Shown here: positions 12,216-24,289 of the stretch, piece by piece
How the letters are laid out: each line of letters opens with the position of its first letter
Position numbering within the stretch: position 1 is the stretch's first letter
Assembly: GCF_006345805.1 (NCBI RefSeq)
Contig: NC_043013.1
Span: forward strand, 50,654,001-50,718,000
Reading direction: 5' to 3'
DNA length: 64,000 nucleotides
From: Octopus sinensis
Taxonomy: Eukaryota
Translations under genes and position numbers: made by a program
Notes under the pieces: generated by a model
The model's database searches: none
Seen by the model: only the letters and a program-made list of their open reading frames with translations
What the model was told of the DNA's origin: nothing

Positions 12216-12718
12216 GATAATAAATGAATATACACACAGTGGTTCAGTAATATATTTTTTTCTGTTCCATTCTTTCCGCAAAAATATAACACAGTGAAAA
12301 GAAGCGAATGAGGAATTAAAAAAAAAAAGAAAGACCCAAACAAACAACAAAAAAAGTAGATGGTTTGTGCCAGTGGCTGTTATTTAGGTTGGACAATATA
12401 TAATCAGACGGAATAAAAGGAGGACAAAAATACCAAAAAAAAAAAACCCCAAACAACCCCAAAACAAACAAACCAGATTGTGTATTGTGTCCCCCCCTGC
12501 ACCCCCATCTGCCGTCTTCACCTTGTCCTCCTCCCCACCTCCTTTTCAGCATATGGTATCTTCCATCAACAATATTATCTTTTTAATGTAAAAGTTCCTT
12601 TTGAATTGTCTCTGGACAAATTTAATTTCCTATTCATACAGCAATTTCAGTATTTTAAGATGTAATAATGGTGCTGCCCTCTGTAGAATAGAGTGCGGCT
12701 GGGTGGGTGTTGTGTGCA

Positions 12719-12756
<38 letters not shown>

Positions 12757-13256
12757 GTGTGTGTGTGTGTGTGTGTGTGTACGGTGGTGGAGGGTGGTGA
12801 TGCGAGGGATGATGATGATGATGATGAGGGTGATGATGAAGAAAGAAAAATAATAAATATAGAACATCCACTTATTATCTAATTTGGAAGTTTGTTCTGA
12901 TACACACACACACACACACATATACATATTTACAAACATACAAACACTCACATACACACTTACATATACACAGATGCACTCACACATCCTATTGACAGCT
13001 AATAAAGACAGAGCCCTCTCTCTATAAACATGGTTGGGGTACTTGAGCTAAAAGGGGTACCCTTTGGGTGGTGGCAGATGTTAGACAATACAACCCTGAT
13101 AGTTTCTGGCAGTGTCTTCAATGACATTGACCCGGGTCAACTTGTCTCCCCACCCCTTAATTGTAAAATGCTTTCATTACCACAGGCTTCCAACCAGTTC
13201 TTAACATAATCTGTGTTCCCTGGAGGGATCTGTTTATATACACATAACTATATATA

Positions 13257-14330
13257 TGGGGTAGTATCAAAAGATTCCCAGATTAGTTATGTTTACTGGG
13301 GCCAGTGACAGTACTTCCTGATTGGCACCTGTGCCAGTGGAACCTTCAAAGGGTCATTCGAGTGTGATTGTTGCCAGGGCTGCTGACTGGCTCCCATGCC
13401 GGTAGCATGTAAAAAGCACCATTTGAGCGTGGTCATTGCCAGTGCCACCAGACTGTCCCTTGTGCCGGTGGCACATAAAAGTACCCACTACACTCCTGGA
13501 GCGGTTGGTGTTAGGAAGGACATCTGGCTGTAGAAACTTTGCCAGATCAGACTGGAGCCTGGTGTAGCCTTCTGGCTTGCCAGCCCTTAGTCAAATCGTC
13601 CAAACCATGCCAACATGGAAAGCGGATGTTAAACAACGATGATGACAATGATCTTGATGAACTCCTTTACCTAAGTTGTAACATCATCTCCTTCAAAATA
13701 GTTACCTTTTGCATCAATACACAGGTCCCAGCGTTCCTGTCACTTTTGGAATCTGGCCTGGAAGTCATTTTCCGTATGCAAGTTGAGGACCTTCTGTGAT
13801 TCACTTCTAGATTTTGACAACAGTGTTAAAACAGTAACCTTTGAGCAGCATTTTCATCTTGGGGAAGAGATGGAGGTCTCTGCAGGTGCTAAATCTGGCA
13901 AACAGGGCTGGTGTGCAGGTGGTACCATGTTGTTTTTGGTGAAAACCTCTCAAGTGAGGAGAGCTCAGTGAAGAATCTAATTCTCCACACTCCACCGATG
14001 CAGTCACTGTCACCGAATGTCCTCCTTCAAACACTTCCAAACATTACAGTAGAACTCTCAATAGAATGGTCTGGCTCTCAATGCACAATACCACATTTCC
14101 TGAGGTGACACTCGGGACAAGGCTTCCAGGTTTAATGCAAAATTTTCCTAAGGTGACACTCATGAGAAGACTTCCAGCTCACACTTCCAGGGATGTTCTA
14201 CCTCTTTTGCAGTGCTTGTACTACTCAAAACATTGCATACAACCCATTGCCTTATCACCATAAGCTTGCCGAAGCATGCTCAATGTGTCTGTAATAAACT
14301 TTCCATGTTTAACACAAAATTTTCCTGAGG
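13257..14330 (-). mobile_element. Decayed mariner (Tc1/mariner) transposon
   Basis: Minus-strand frames give (P)DLAPADLHLFPKMKMLLKG..FNTV and a C-terminal YFEGD-like end. Interrupted by an RTE tail. Confidence 0.7.
13320..13655 (+). mobile_element. RTE 3'-UTR/tail fragment nested in the mariner
   Basis: Subrepeats, AGGAAGGACATCTGGCTGTAGAAA, GATGAT tail. Confidence 0.8.
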
Positions 14331-14346
14331 TGACGCTCATAATAAG

Positions 14347-14632
14347 TCTTCCAGGTCACTCATCTTCTTCCGGGTCACTCATTGTCTTCCGGGTCACTCA
14401 TCATCTTCCGGGTCACTCATCGTCTTTCGGGTCACTCATCGTCTTCCGGATCACTCATCGCCTTCCAGGTCACTTGTCGTCTTCCAGGTCACACTTCGTC
14501 TTCCAGGTCACTCGTCGTCTTCCGGGTCACTCATCGTCTTCCAGGTCAACATCGTCTTTCGGGTCACTCATCGTCTTCCAGGTCACTCATCGTCTTCCAG
14601 GTCACTCATCGTCTTTCAGGTCACTCATCGTC
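14347..14632. repeat. 19-bp minisatellite (GTCTTCC[A/G]GGTCACTCATC), ~15 copies
   Basis: Directly visible tandem array. Confidence 0.95.
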
Positions 14633-14824
14633 CACCACGGATGTAATTTTTTTACTAGTTTCATCTTATCTTTTTGTCTTCCCTCCATGTTGCTATATGA
14701 ACACTTAAGGTGGTTTTAGAGTTGGATCATGGCTGCTATTTTCAGCACGGTGGTATCTCATAGATACCCTAATTTATAATTTTATATAATATATATATAA
14801 ATGACGCATAATTGTCTTGTTTAA

Positions 14825-15110
14825 AAGTACCCTTCAATCATTGGGCAATATGCTGTGCTTGAGAAGACCTGTTGAGTCAAGTCAAATCATTGTCATGGCT
14901 TATGTCAGTGCCGCCTGACTGGCGCCCATGCCAATGACACATAAAAAGCATCCAGTACACTCTGAGAGTGGTTAACATTAGGAAGGGCATCCAGCTGTAG
15001 AAACCTTGCCAGATCAGATTGGAGCCTGGTGCGGCCATCTGGCTTGCCAGTCCCCAGTCAAACCGTCCAACCCATGCCAGCATGGAAAGCGGACGTTAAA
15101 TGATGATGAT
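14825..15110 (+). mobile_element. RTE 3'-UTR/tail fragment
   Basis: Tail motif and (GAT)n. Confidence 0.8.
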
Positions 15111-15381
15111 ATATATTTATGTGTGTGTCTTTGTGTCTATATCTGACCCCACCTCTATCTCTGCCTGACAACCATTGCTGGTTTGTTTACATCCCGTTGA
15201 CTTACCATTCAGTAAAAGAGACTGTTAGAATAAGTACTGGGTTTGATTTATTCAACAAAAATTCCTCAAGGCGGTGCCCCAGCATGGCCTCAGACTAATG
15301 CCTGAAACAAATAAAAGTCAAAGTATAAAAGATATATTTACTTTACTTCTTACAGCAGGTGGAAGTTGCTGGAATAATAAT

Positions 15382-15930
15382 GATGCAGTACCAGGCAGTG
15401 GCTCTCATGGCTTCTGATCTTAACTGATTGGAAGTGTTATCATGTACATTGTTTTGTCTTGGTATAAAAGATGGGCTACAGCAAATATTCTGCTCAATAC
15501 CACAGATTTGCTTGTCAGTTGCTTGACCTTAACCAGTTGAGCATGTCCCTTAGTGGCTGACGATATGTGCATCTCTGATCACGAGCAGAAGTAGTGGGGG
15601 AGCATCATAGCCATGTGTTGAGAGGGATTCTTTGGGGTTTGAATAATTCACCTCTGGAAACATGGGTGGTTTTTTCAACATCCTTAAACAACCCTTATTC
15701 AGGGACCGTTTGAGCGGGATGGGCTACTCAACCTGAAGAAAATTCTAACTGGGCCCCACCTGCAAGGTCATGTGCTGTTTATCTTGATATGAGATCACCA
15801 TGTCGCGCACATATGGTTGTGATGCATGTGCCTGGTGTACCTTTATCAGACGAGTAGTCATGATGGGTATATTGGGCTTCGTATATTTTACCCCAGTGTC
15901 ACTTTGATGGCATGAACTGCTCTCTCACTC
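15382..15930 (+). mobile_element. ~550-bp (AAT)n-anchored interspersed repeat (family D)
   Basis: Second copy in reverse orientation at 43881-44435. Both copies are flanked by (AAT)n. No Pol III head seen. Confidence 0.75.
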
Positions 15931-16119
15931 AATAATAATAAAAATAATAATAATGGGATGGGCAAAAAATGTTTTTTTTTTTAGTTTAAGGAACTGTCAG
16001 ATCCCAATTAAAGAACTCCAAAAGAGACAGGAGGAAGTCCTTAATAGACTGACTGATACTTTTAATAGTTGTGAAAGATAAAGAATCTGGAGATAAGGAA
16101 AACACTTTAACTTCCATAA

Positions 16120-16433
16120 TTAAAGTAGGTCTTGTGTGTGTGTGTGCGTGGGCCTGTGTCTTGAAGGTGTGTTTATCTGTGTGTTTATATGCATGTGAAT
16201 ATTTTTATACATGTGTGTATGTGTGTGTGTGTGTGTGTATTCTTGAATATACATGTGTGTCACTACCATCATCATCATCATCATTGCATTTAACATCCAT
16301 TTTCCATGTTGGCATTGGTTGGACAGATAGAATAAGTGTGTGTATGTATGTGTATTGTATATGTATATATGTGTGCATGTGTATGGCTATGTATGTATAT
16401 ATGCTTATACATACATACAAACATATGCATATA

Positions 16434-16478
<45 letters not shown>

Positions 16479-16666
16479 CACTTGTCTGTATGCATGCATG
16501 TATTAATGGGTTTATATGTGTGTGTGGGTGTGTGCATGCAGGTGTGTTTATACATGTGTGTATATGGGTGGGGAAGTGATGAAAGAAAGGACTGCAAATG
16601 AATCAGAGATAGGAGAGAAAAATGTTTGTGTGTGTGTATATATATATATGTGTATATATATAAATA

Positions 16667-16715
<49 letters not shown>

Positions 16716-16809
16716 ATATTTATATATGTGTGTATATATATATATACATATATATATATTTATATATGTGTGTATATTAATATATGTATATATATATATA
16801 TTTATATAT
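16120..16809. repeat. (TG)/(TA) mosaic microsatellite region
   Basis: Directly visible. Includes a short RTE tail remnant at ~16263-16325. Confidence 0.9.
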
Positions 16810-19800
16810 GTAGGTCTGGTGAGATAGCTGAAAGGTAGGTCTGGTGAGATAGTCGAGATGCTTGAACGGAGATGTGTGGATATATGTTGCATGCAAGAAA
16901 TAAGGTGGAGAGGAGGATCAGCTAGGTTCCTCACAGGCAAGGAACGCAGGTACAAGATTTTCTGGGCAGGGAGCACTGACGGGGTTGGTGGCGTGGGTAT
17001 ACTTATCGCTGAGAAATGGGTAGATAAAGTAATTGAGGTAATCAGAGTAAGTGACAGAATACTTAAGATTAGATTAGTGCTTCATCATAGTTTAGCAACC
17101 ATTATATCAGCCTATGCTCCTCAGTCGGGGCTACCCGATGGACAGAAAGACCGATTCTATGACACTCTACTGCAGACTACCTTATTGACGAACGACAGAG
17201 ACCTTATCTTTGTGGCTGGTGACTTCAATGGTCACGTTGGACGACATGCTGGGGGCTTCCATGGCGTACATGGAGGCTATGGCTATGGCTCCCGCAACGA
17301 GGAGGGAACCAGGCTGCTGGAGTTCTGCGATGCAAATAATCTTATGATTTGCAACACTAACTTCAGGAAACCTACCAGCCACCTAGTCACTTACCAATCG
17401 GGCCAACATACCAGCTAAATTGACTACATCCTTACAAGGCAAAGGGAGAGATGGCTGCTTATAAATGCCAAAACCTTCCCAGGTGAAGAATGTACCCCAC
17501 AACATAGACTGGTAGTTAGTGACTTTAGGATCAGGACTAGGAGGACAACCAGAAAACGACAAATATGGAGAAGAAGGATCTGGAAGCTTAAAGATCCTGC
17601 AAATGGACAGAGATTTAGGGACATATTACTTGAAGCCTCTGACGAAGTAGAAGGGGATAGAGCATCACAGGGGGTAGAAGACAGCTGGACGTTTCTAAGG
17701 GACAACCTGCTGAGAGCCACTGACCAGATCTGTGGCTGGTGCAAAGTCCCCTCTCGACCTAGAATAACGTGGTGGTGGAACAATATTGTAGACAGGGCTA
17801 TTAGAGAAAAGAGACAGGCTTGGAAGGTCTGGAAAAATGGGGGTAGCAGGGAATTGTATCAGACTGCCAAAAGAGAAGCTAGGAGACAGGTTTATTTAGC
17901 CAGAGGGGAAGCAGATAAGAAAAAATTTGCCAATGTTCTGCGCCGTGAGGACCAAAGACTGGAGGTGTTTCGTGTTGCAAGACAGTGTGTGAGAGAGAAT
18001 CGTGATGTGGTAGGAGAGAAGTGTGTTCGCATGGAAGATGGTTCACTTGCGCTAAATGAGGATGCAAAGAGAGAGGTTTGGAGATGCCACTATGAAAGGT
18101 TGCTGAATGAAGAAAATGAATGGGATAAAGAGAGTCTGCCGAATGTTGACCCAACAGAGGGACCAGCTATCCGAGTTGATAGTTCTGTGGTAGCTAAGGC
18201 AATTAGAAGCATGAAGACAGGGAAAGCCCCAGGCCCATCAGGAATCACTGCAGAGATGCTCAAAATGTCTGGTAGTGTCGGCTATAGCCTAGTCACCCAT
18301 ATAGTTAATCAGGTGATACACAAAGGGGTCATACCCAATGACTGGTGTAGCAGTATAATAGTCAACTGCTACAAAGGTAAAGGTGATGCCCTAGATACAA
18401 ATAACTACAGAGGTATCAAGCTGTTGGACCAGGTGATGAAGGTTACGGAGAGGGTCATAGCCCAACTAATTAGAGAGAGAGTTAGTTTAGATGAGATGCA
18501 GTTTGGGTTTGTGCCAGGGAAAAGTACTACTGATGCTATATTCCTGGTAAGGCAGCTGCAGGAGAAATACCTAGCCAAGATAAGCCCCTGTACCTGGCTT
18601 TTGTTGACATGGAGAAAGCCTTCGACAGGGTCCCCCGATCCCTTATCTGGTGGGCAATGAGAAAACTAGGGATAGATGAATGGTTAGTGAGAGCTGTGCG
18701 GGCCATGTATAGGGACGCCGCTAGTAGGGTGAGGGTTGGAAATGAGTACAGTGAAGAATTCCGGGTAGAGGTAGGGGTCCACCAAGGCTCAGTACTCAGC
18801 CCCCTCCTATTTATCATAGTCCTCCAGGCAATAACGGAGGAATTCAAGACAGGATGCCCTTGGGAGCTCCTCTATGCTGATGACCTTGCTCTAATTGCTG
18901 AGTCGCTATCAGAACTGGAGGAGAAGTTTCAGGTGTGGAAACAAGGATTAGAATCGAAGGGTCTCAGAGTCAATCTAGCTAAAACCAAAGTCGTAATCAG
19001 TAGGAAGGTAGACAAATCACAAACACCTTCAGGTAGATGGCCCTGCTCGATCTGTAGAAAAGGTGTAGGTAGAACTCTATAAGATGCACCAAGTGTAAGC
19101 TATGGACACATAAGAGATGCAGCAATGTCAAAGGAAGGCTAACTAGGAAGATGGTTTTTGTATGTGGCAGATGCTCAGGAACAATAAACACTGAAAATGC
19201 TCTGAGACCAACTTCCGTCACTTTCCAGGGAGAAAAACTAGAAATAGTTGATAGTTTCCGTTACCTAGGTGACCAAGTCAGCAGCGGGGGCGGGTGTGCT
19301 GAAAGTGTAACTGCTAGAGTAAGAATAGCTTGGGCAAAGTTCAGAGAGCTCTTACCTCTGCTGGTGACAAAAGGCCTCTCACACAGAGTGAAAGGCAGAC
19401 TGTATGATGCGTGTGTACGAACAGCCATGCTACATGGCAGTGAAACATGGGCCGTGACTGCTGAGGATATGCGTAAGCTCGCTAGAAATGAAGCCAGTAT
19501 GCTCCGATGGATGTGTAATGCCGGTACTCACACTCGGCAGAGTGTAAGTACCTTGAGAGAAAAGCTGGACCTAAGAAGCATCAGTTGTGGTGTGCAAGAG
19601 AGACGTTTGCGCTGGTATGGTCATGTGGCGAGAATGGATGAAGATAGTTGTGTGAAAAAGTGCCACACCCTAGCGGTTGAGGGAACCTGTGGAAGAGGCA
19701 GACCCAGGAAAACCTGGGACGAGGTGGTGAAGCACGACCTTCGAACTTTAGGTCTCACTGAGGAAATGACTAGAGACCGAGACCTCTGGAAGTGTGCTGT

Positions 19801-20443
19801 GCGCGAGAAGACCCGGCAGGACAAATGAGTCCACAACCCGTGGCCTTCTACATGGGATGGAGCCAGCCTACGTATGCATACCTTCCCTTCTTGGACACAA
19901 AACTCTACTTGTGAAGACGTGTTGAGGCAAGTGAGGATCAGAATCGAAATCGATCAATGGAAATTGCGGATGTGCTACCAGTGCCGGTGGCATGTCGAAA
20001 CTCTGCTTGTGAAGACCCATTGAGGCAAGTGAGGATCAGAATCGAAATCGATCAATGGAAATCGATCAATGGAAATTGCAGATGTGTTACCAGTGCCGGT
20101 GGCATGTAAGAGAACTTTCCGTTTCGCGACCGTTGCCAGCACCGCCCCGTTTCGTGTCCGTTGCCAGCCTCGCCTGGCCCTCGTGCCGGTGGCACATAAA
20201 AAGCACCATCCGTTCGTGGCCGTTTGCCAGCTCTGTCTGGCACCAGTGTGGGTGGCACGTAAAAAGCACCCACTACACTCACGGAGTGGTTGGCGTTAGG
20301 AAGGGCATCCAGCCGTAGAAACACTGCCAGATTTGACTGGGCCTGATGAAGCCTTCTGGCTTCACAGACCCCAGTAGAACCGTCCAACCCATGCTAGCAT
20401 GGAAAACGGACGCTAAATGATGATGATGATGATGATGATGATG
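16810..20443 (+). mobile_element. Near-complete RTE-clade LINE, slightly 5'-truncated
   Basis: AP endonuclease (DICCMQE, AYAPQ, GDFNGH, IDY), RT (NYRGIKL, EKAFDRV, GVHQGSVLSP, LYADD, YLG), PHD-like finger, RTE C-terminus, 3' UTR with subrepeats, (GAT)n tail. Inserted in (TA)n. Confidence 0.97.
16829..19828 (+). pseudogene. Disrupted RTE ORF (endonuclease-reverse transcriptase)
   Basis: ORFs 16858..17418, 17854..18660, 18609..19082 and 19151..19828 join through one in-frame TAA (17416-17418, at the expected Q-I-D-Y) and two single-A deletions (~18577, ~19070). Confidence 0.9.
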
Positions 20444-20780
20444 TACATAATATGTATATATATATATATATATTTATATGTGTATATATATATATATATT
20501 TATATATGTGTATGTATATATATTTATATATGTGTATATATATGTATTTATATATATATACATATATATGTGTGTATATATATGTGTATATATATATATA
20601 TGTATATATATATATACATATATATATATACATATATATGTGTGTATATATATGTGTATATATATATATATTTGTATATATGTATATATATATATACATA
20701 TATACATATATGTGCATATATATGTGTATTATATATATATATATATGTACATATGGGTGTGTATATAAATATATATGTAC

Positions 20781-20826
<46 letters not shown>

Positions 20827-20850
20827 CTATATGTGTGTGTGTGTATGTGG
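20444..20850. repeat. (TA)/(TG) mosaic microsatellite
   Basis: Directly visible. Confidence 0.95.
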
Positions 20851-21169
20851 AGCTGAAGAAGAAGGCAACGGAGAAAAAAGGTTGAACTGCTAACATGGAG
20901 GAGATAAACTACAGACATTAAAATATGATGCAAAAATAAATAATTGAAATTAAGATTTTTGAAATTTCCTTGAAGATAAGGAAGTGTGTTTGTGAAATGG
21001 AACAGAGATACGGAGTTTACCCAGTGAAGAACTTTTGGAAACGCTCTGTGATGATTGTCTTGTAGACATTGGTTGATGCCAGACTGTGGAATCATGTCAG
21101 ACACCAGTTGTTGTAATATCTGAGATAAGGCGGAATGGTAATAGCATCTGTTGGGAAGATGTTCCTCTT

Positions 21170-21370
21170 CTTCCACCACCACCACCACCACCACCACCAC
21201 CACCACCACCATCATCATGTCTATGATCATAATTTTCTTCTTCCTTTCCTTCCATTTCTTCTTCTTCTTCTTCTTCTTCTTCTTCTTCTTCTTCTTCCTT
21301 CTTCTTCTTCTTCTCTTCTTCTTCTTCTTCTTCTTCTTCTTCCTCCTCCACTTCTTTTTCTTTTTCTTTT
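21170..21370. repeat. (CCA)n followed by a (CTT)n homopyrimidine tract
   Basis: Directly visible. Confidence 0.95.
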
Positions 21371-21414
21371 AAAAAGAGTGTGTTAAAAGATGGAGCAAGA
21401 TGTTGAGATATTGA

Positions 21415-21720
21415 TCTGGTTGTGTAGCAATTTGCCGGTGGCATGTAAAAAGCACTACCTGAACGTGGACAATGCCAGTAACCCCTGACTGGTTCCTGTA
21501 CCAGTGGCACATAAAAAGCACTTTTCAAATATGGTTGATGTCAGTACTGCTTGATTGGCCCCCATGCCAGTGACACGTAAAAAGCACCCACTACACTCTC
21601 AGAGTGGTTACTGTTAGGAAGGGCATCCAGCTGTAGAAACTCTGCCAGAACAGATTGGAGCCTGGTGCAGCTGCTGGCTCTCCAGACCTCAGTTAAACTG
21701 TCCAACGATGATGATGATGG
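21415..21720 (+). mobile_element. RTE 3'-UTR/tail fragment
   Basis: Subrepeats, tail motif, (GAT)n. Confidence 0.8.
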
Positions 21721-21825
21721 TGGTAAAATTAAGGAACAACCAAGCACTGAGGTTGATACCAGCAATAAAATAAAGTACCAGACCAATAAAGTACTGAGGT
21801 CAATAAATAAAAAATAAAATAAATG

Positions 21826-22069
21826 TGCCCTTTTAAAGCCTAGCCAGGCTCATGGGCCCGGTTTCCCAGTTTCTATGGCGTATGTGTTCCCCAGCTGGAC
21901 GAGACACCAGTCCATCGCAGCATTACTCATTTTTGCCAGCTGAGTGGACTGGAGCAACGTGAAATGAAGTGTTTTGCTCAAGAACACAACGTGTCACCCG
22001 GTCCAGGAATCAAAACCACAATCTTGCGATCATGATGCTGACACCCTAACCACCAAGCCATGTGCCTCC
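21826..22069 (-). mobile_element. SINE family E (tRNA head + CORE-like GTGTTCTTGAGCAAAACACTT)
   Basis: Minus strand GGCACATGGCTTGGTGGTTAGGG...GGTTTTGATTCC. Related heads at 37697, 38648 and 51030. Confidence 0.7.
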
Positions 22070-22124
22070 ACAATGAGGTCAATGATAACCATAAAATAAG
22101 TATCAGCTGCATACTGAGGTTGAT

Positions 22125-22510
22125 CATGATCATCATTTGTCATCTGTTTTCCATGCTGGCATGGGTTGGGCAATTCGGCAAGAGCTGGGAAGCTGGAGGG
22201 CTATACCATGCTCCGATTGTCTGTTTTTGGTATGGTTTATATGGCTGGATGCCCTTCCTAATGTCAATCAATTTACAGAGTCTCCTGGGTGATTTTTGCA
22301 TGACATCAGCACAGGTAATTTTTATGTGGCACCAGCATGGGCGTTTTGTTACTTATGTGACACCAGCACAGATGTGGCAATGGTACAAGTGTCTTTTGTG
22401 TGACACCGGCACAGATGCATTTTACTCGGAACCAGCATGAGTGCTTTGTACGTGACACAGGCATGGGTGCTTTTTATGTGGCACCAAAACAGGTGCTTTT
22501 TATGCAGCAT
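22125..22510 (-). mobile_element. Degenerate RTE tail fragment with ~28-bp subrepeats
   Basis: CCATGCTGGCATGGGTTGG and GATGCCCTTCCTAA in reverse orientation. Confidence 0.6.
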
Positions 22511-22959
22511 CAAGAACACAACATACAGCTCGGTGTGGGAATCGAACTCAGAACCTCATAATTGTGAGCCCTATGCTACAAGCTAATGCATGATTAATTG
22601 GTAACAATGTGAACAAATGTTACATTTGATGGAGTATCCTGAATACTGAATGGTTAATGGTAGTTGAGAGTGATGGGCTTGGCATGGCTGAATATATCAT
22701 CATTTCTCTCTCTCCTGGTTTGATAGGAATACACTTGCCAAGAGCTTAGAGTGACTTGGTAACATGGCACAATTAGTAGAGTATTTGATAGAACACCTTT
22801 GCAGTATTTTTTCTGTATTTCTGTACTGTGAGTTCAAACCTCACTAAGGGTGACTTTCCATTTCATATTTTCTATACAAAAAAATTACCAATTCAAAGTG
22901 GTGGATTGATTGTCAGAACCTTTTGGATGGGATTCGAAGTCTTGTGGTGATTAATCTAA

Positions 22960-23270
22960 CTTTTTGTATTCTGTCAGCAAATTCTTGTGATGACACTTGT
23001 GCCATACTGTAGCATCCTTTGCCATTTTCCATGGGCAGCATTGGTGGAGTGGAGGTTGGAGACTTGCATGTATGGGCATTGTCAGTCTTTCACAATGTAA
23101 ACCCTGCCTCACCTGGTTTGCACATATATGTATAAGTGCATGGTAACCTTAACCAAAGGGGAGGAATGCAGTCCTTAGTATGAGGTGAAATTGCTCTCAA
23201 ATAAAATGTGACCCTTCATGTTAATCCTATGACACGAAGGCCCATTAGAAGCTGTATCTTTCAATGAATT
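22960..23270 (-). mobile_element. Old decayed RTE-like RT C-terminus
   Basis: Fragmentary D.RIP, GR.Y.VKD and AAHGKWQRML..G motifs across frames. Confidence 0.35.
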
Positions 23271-23281
23271 TTGCATATATA

Positions 23282-23880
23282 GACACAGGTGTAGCAGTGT
23301 GGTAAAAAGTTTGCTCCCCAGCCACATGGTTCTGGGTTCAGTCTGTGTGGCACCTGGAACAAGTGTCTTCTATTATACTCTCGGGCCCACCAAAGCCTTG
23401 TGTGTGGATTTGGTTGATGGAAACTGAAAGAAGCCCATTGTACTTATATATACTTCTTTACTGCCCACAAGGGGCTAAACATAGAGGGGATAAACAAGGA
23501 CAGACAAACGGATTAAGTTGATTACATCGACTCCAGTGCGTAACTGTTACTTATTTAATCGACCCCGAAAGGATGAAAGGCAAAGTCGACCTCGGCGGAA
23601 TTTGAACTCAGAACGTAATGGCAGACGAAATACCGATGAGCATTTTGCCCAGTGTGCTAATGATTCTGCCAGCTCACCGCATATGTGTATCTATGTGTGT
23701 TTTTGTGTCTGTGTTTGTCCTCCGCCACTGGTTTATAACCAGTGCTGGTGTGTTTAGATCCCCATAACTAAGCAGTTCAGCAAAAGAGGCTGATAGAATA
23801 AGTACCAGACTTTTAAAATAAAAAAAAGGCATTGTGGGTGGGGAGGGTGTCTGTTCATTTGACTAAAAACATTCTGACTG
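23282..23880 (+). mobile_element. SINE family A split by a family B insertion
   Basis: 5' half at 23282-23440, 3' half at ~23690-23880. Confidence 0.75.
23453..23680 (-). mobile_element. SINE family B (B2 tail)
   Basis: Reverse-complement match to 39476-39706. Confidence 0.85.
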
Positions 23881-24289
23881 AAATATATAAAAGATAAAAA
23901 GATACACATCTGATACTTTGGTTCTGAAAGTGCCATCAATCCCCAGATTTAGTTGTTTCTCACCAAAACCATGAAGACTTTCACTAAAAGAATTGAGGAA
24001 CGTTGCTAAACCGAAAAATGCCATCAATATTCTTCTTAATTCCTTTGCAATTCCATAAACCCTCATTCCTTTTCTAATTTTCACTCTGCGATGATTGCTT
24101 TCACCTCTTCCGACTCGTTTATTTTGCAGCCCTTCACCAATGTTTTCTTCTCTGTTTGTACGGAATGAAGTTAGTGTAAATATTTCCTCAGGCTTCTCCT
24201 AATTATTCTCTTGGCTAAGGCCTACTTATTTATGAATGACAACACTGATAATTAAACCAACTTCTGTCTAGTGACATACGCAGCTAAGC

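Noticed and set aside
14276-14719. 147-aa repetitive ORF
   Set aside because: It is produced by the 19-bp minisatellite.
22920-23100. Creatinase-like N-terminal peptide (MENGK...SSQEFADRIQKVR) on the minus strand
   Set aside because: The similarity is short and does not continue. Neighbouring frames fit a decayed RTE C-terminus.
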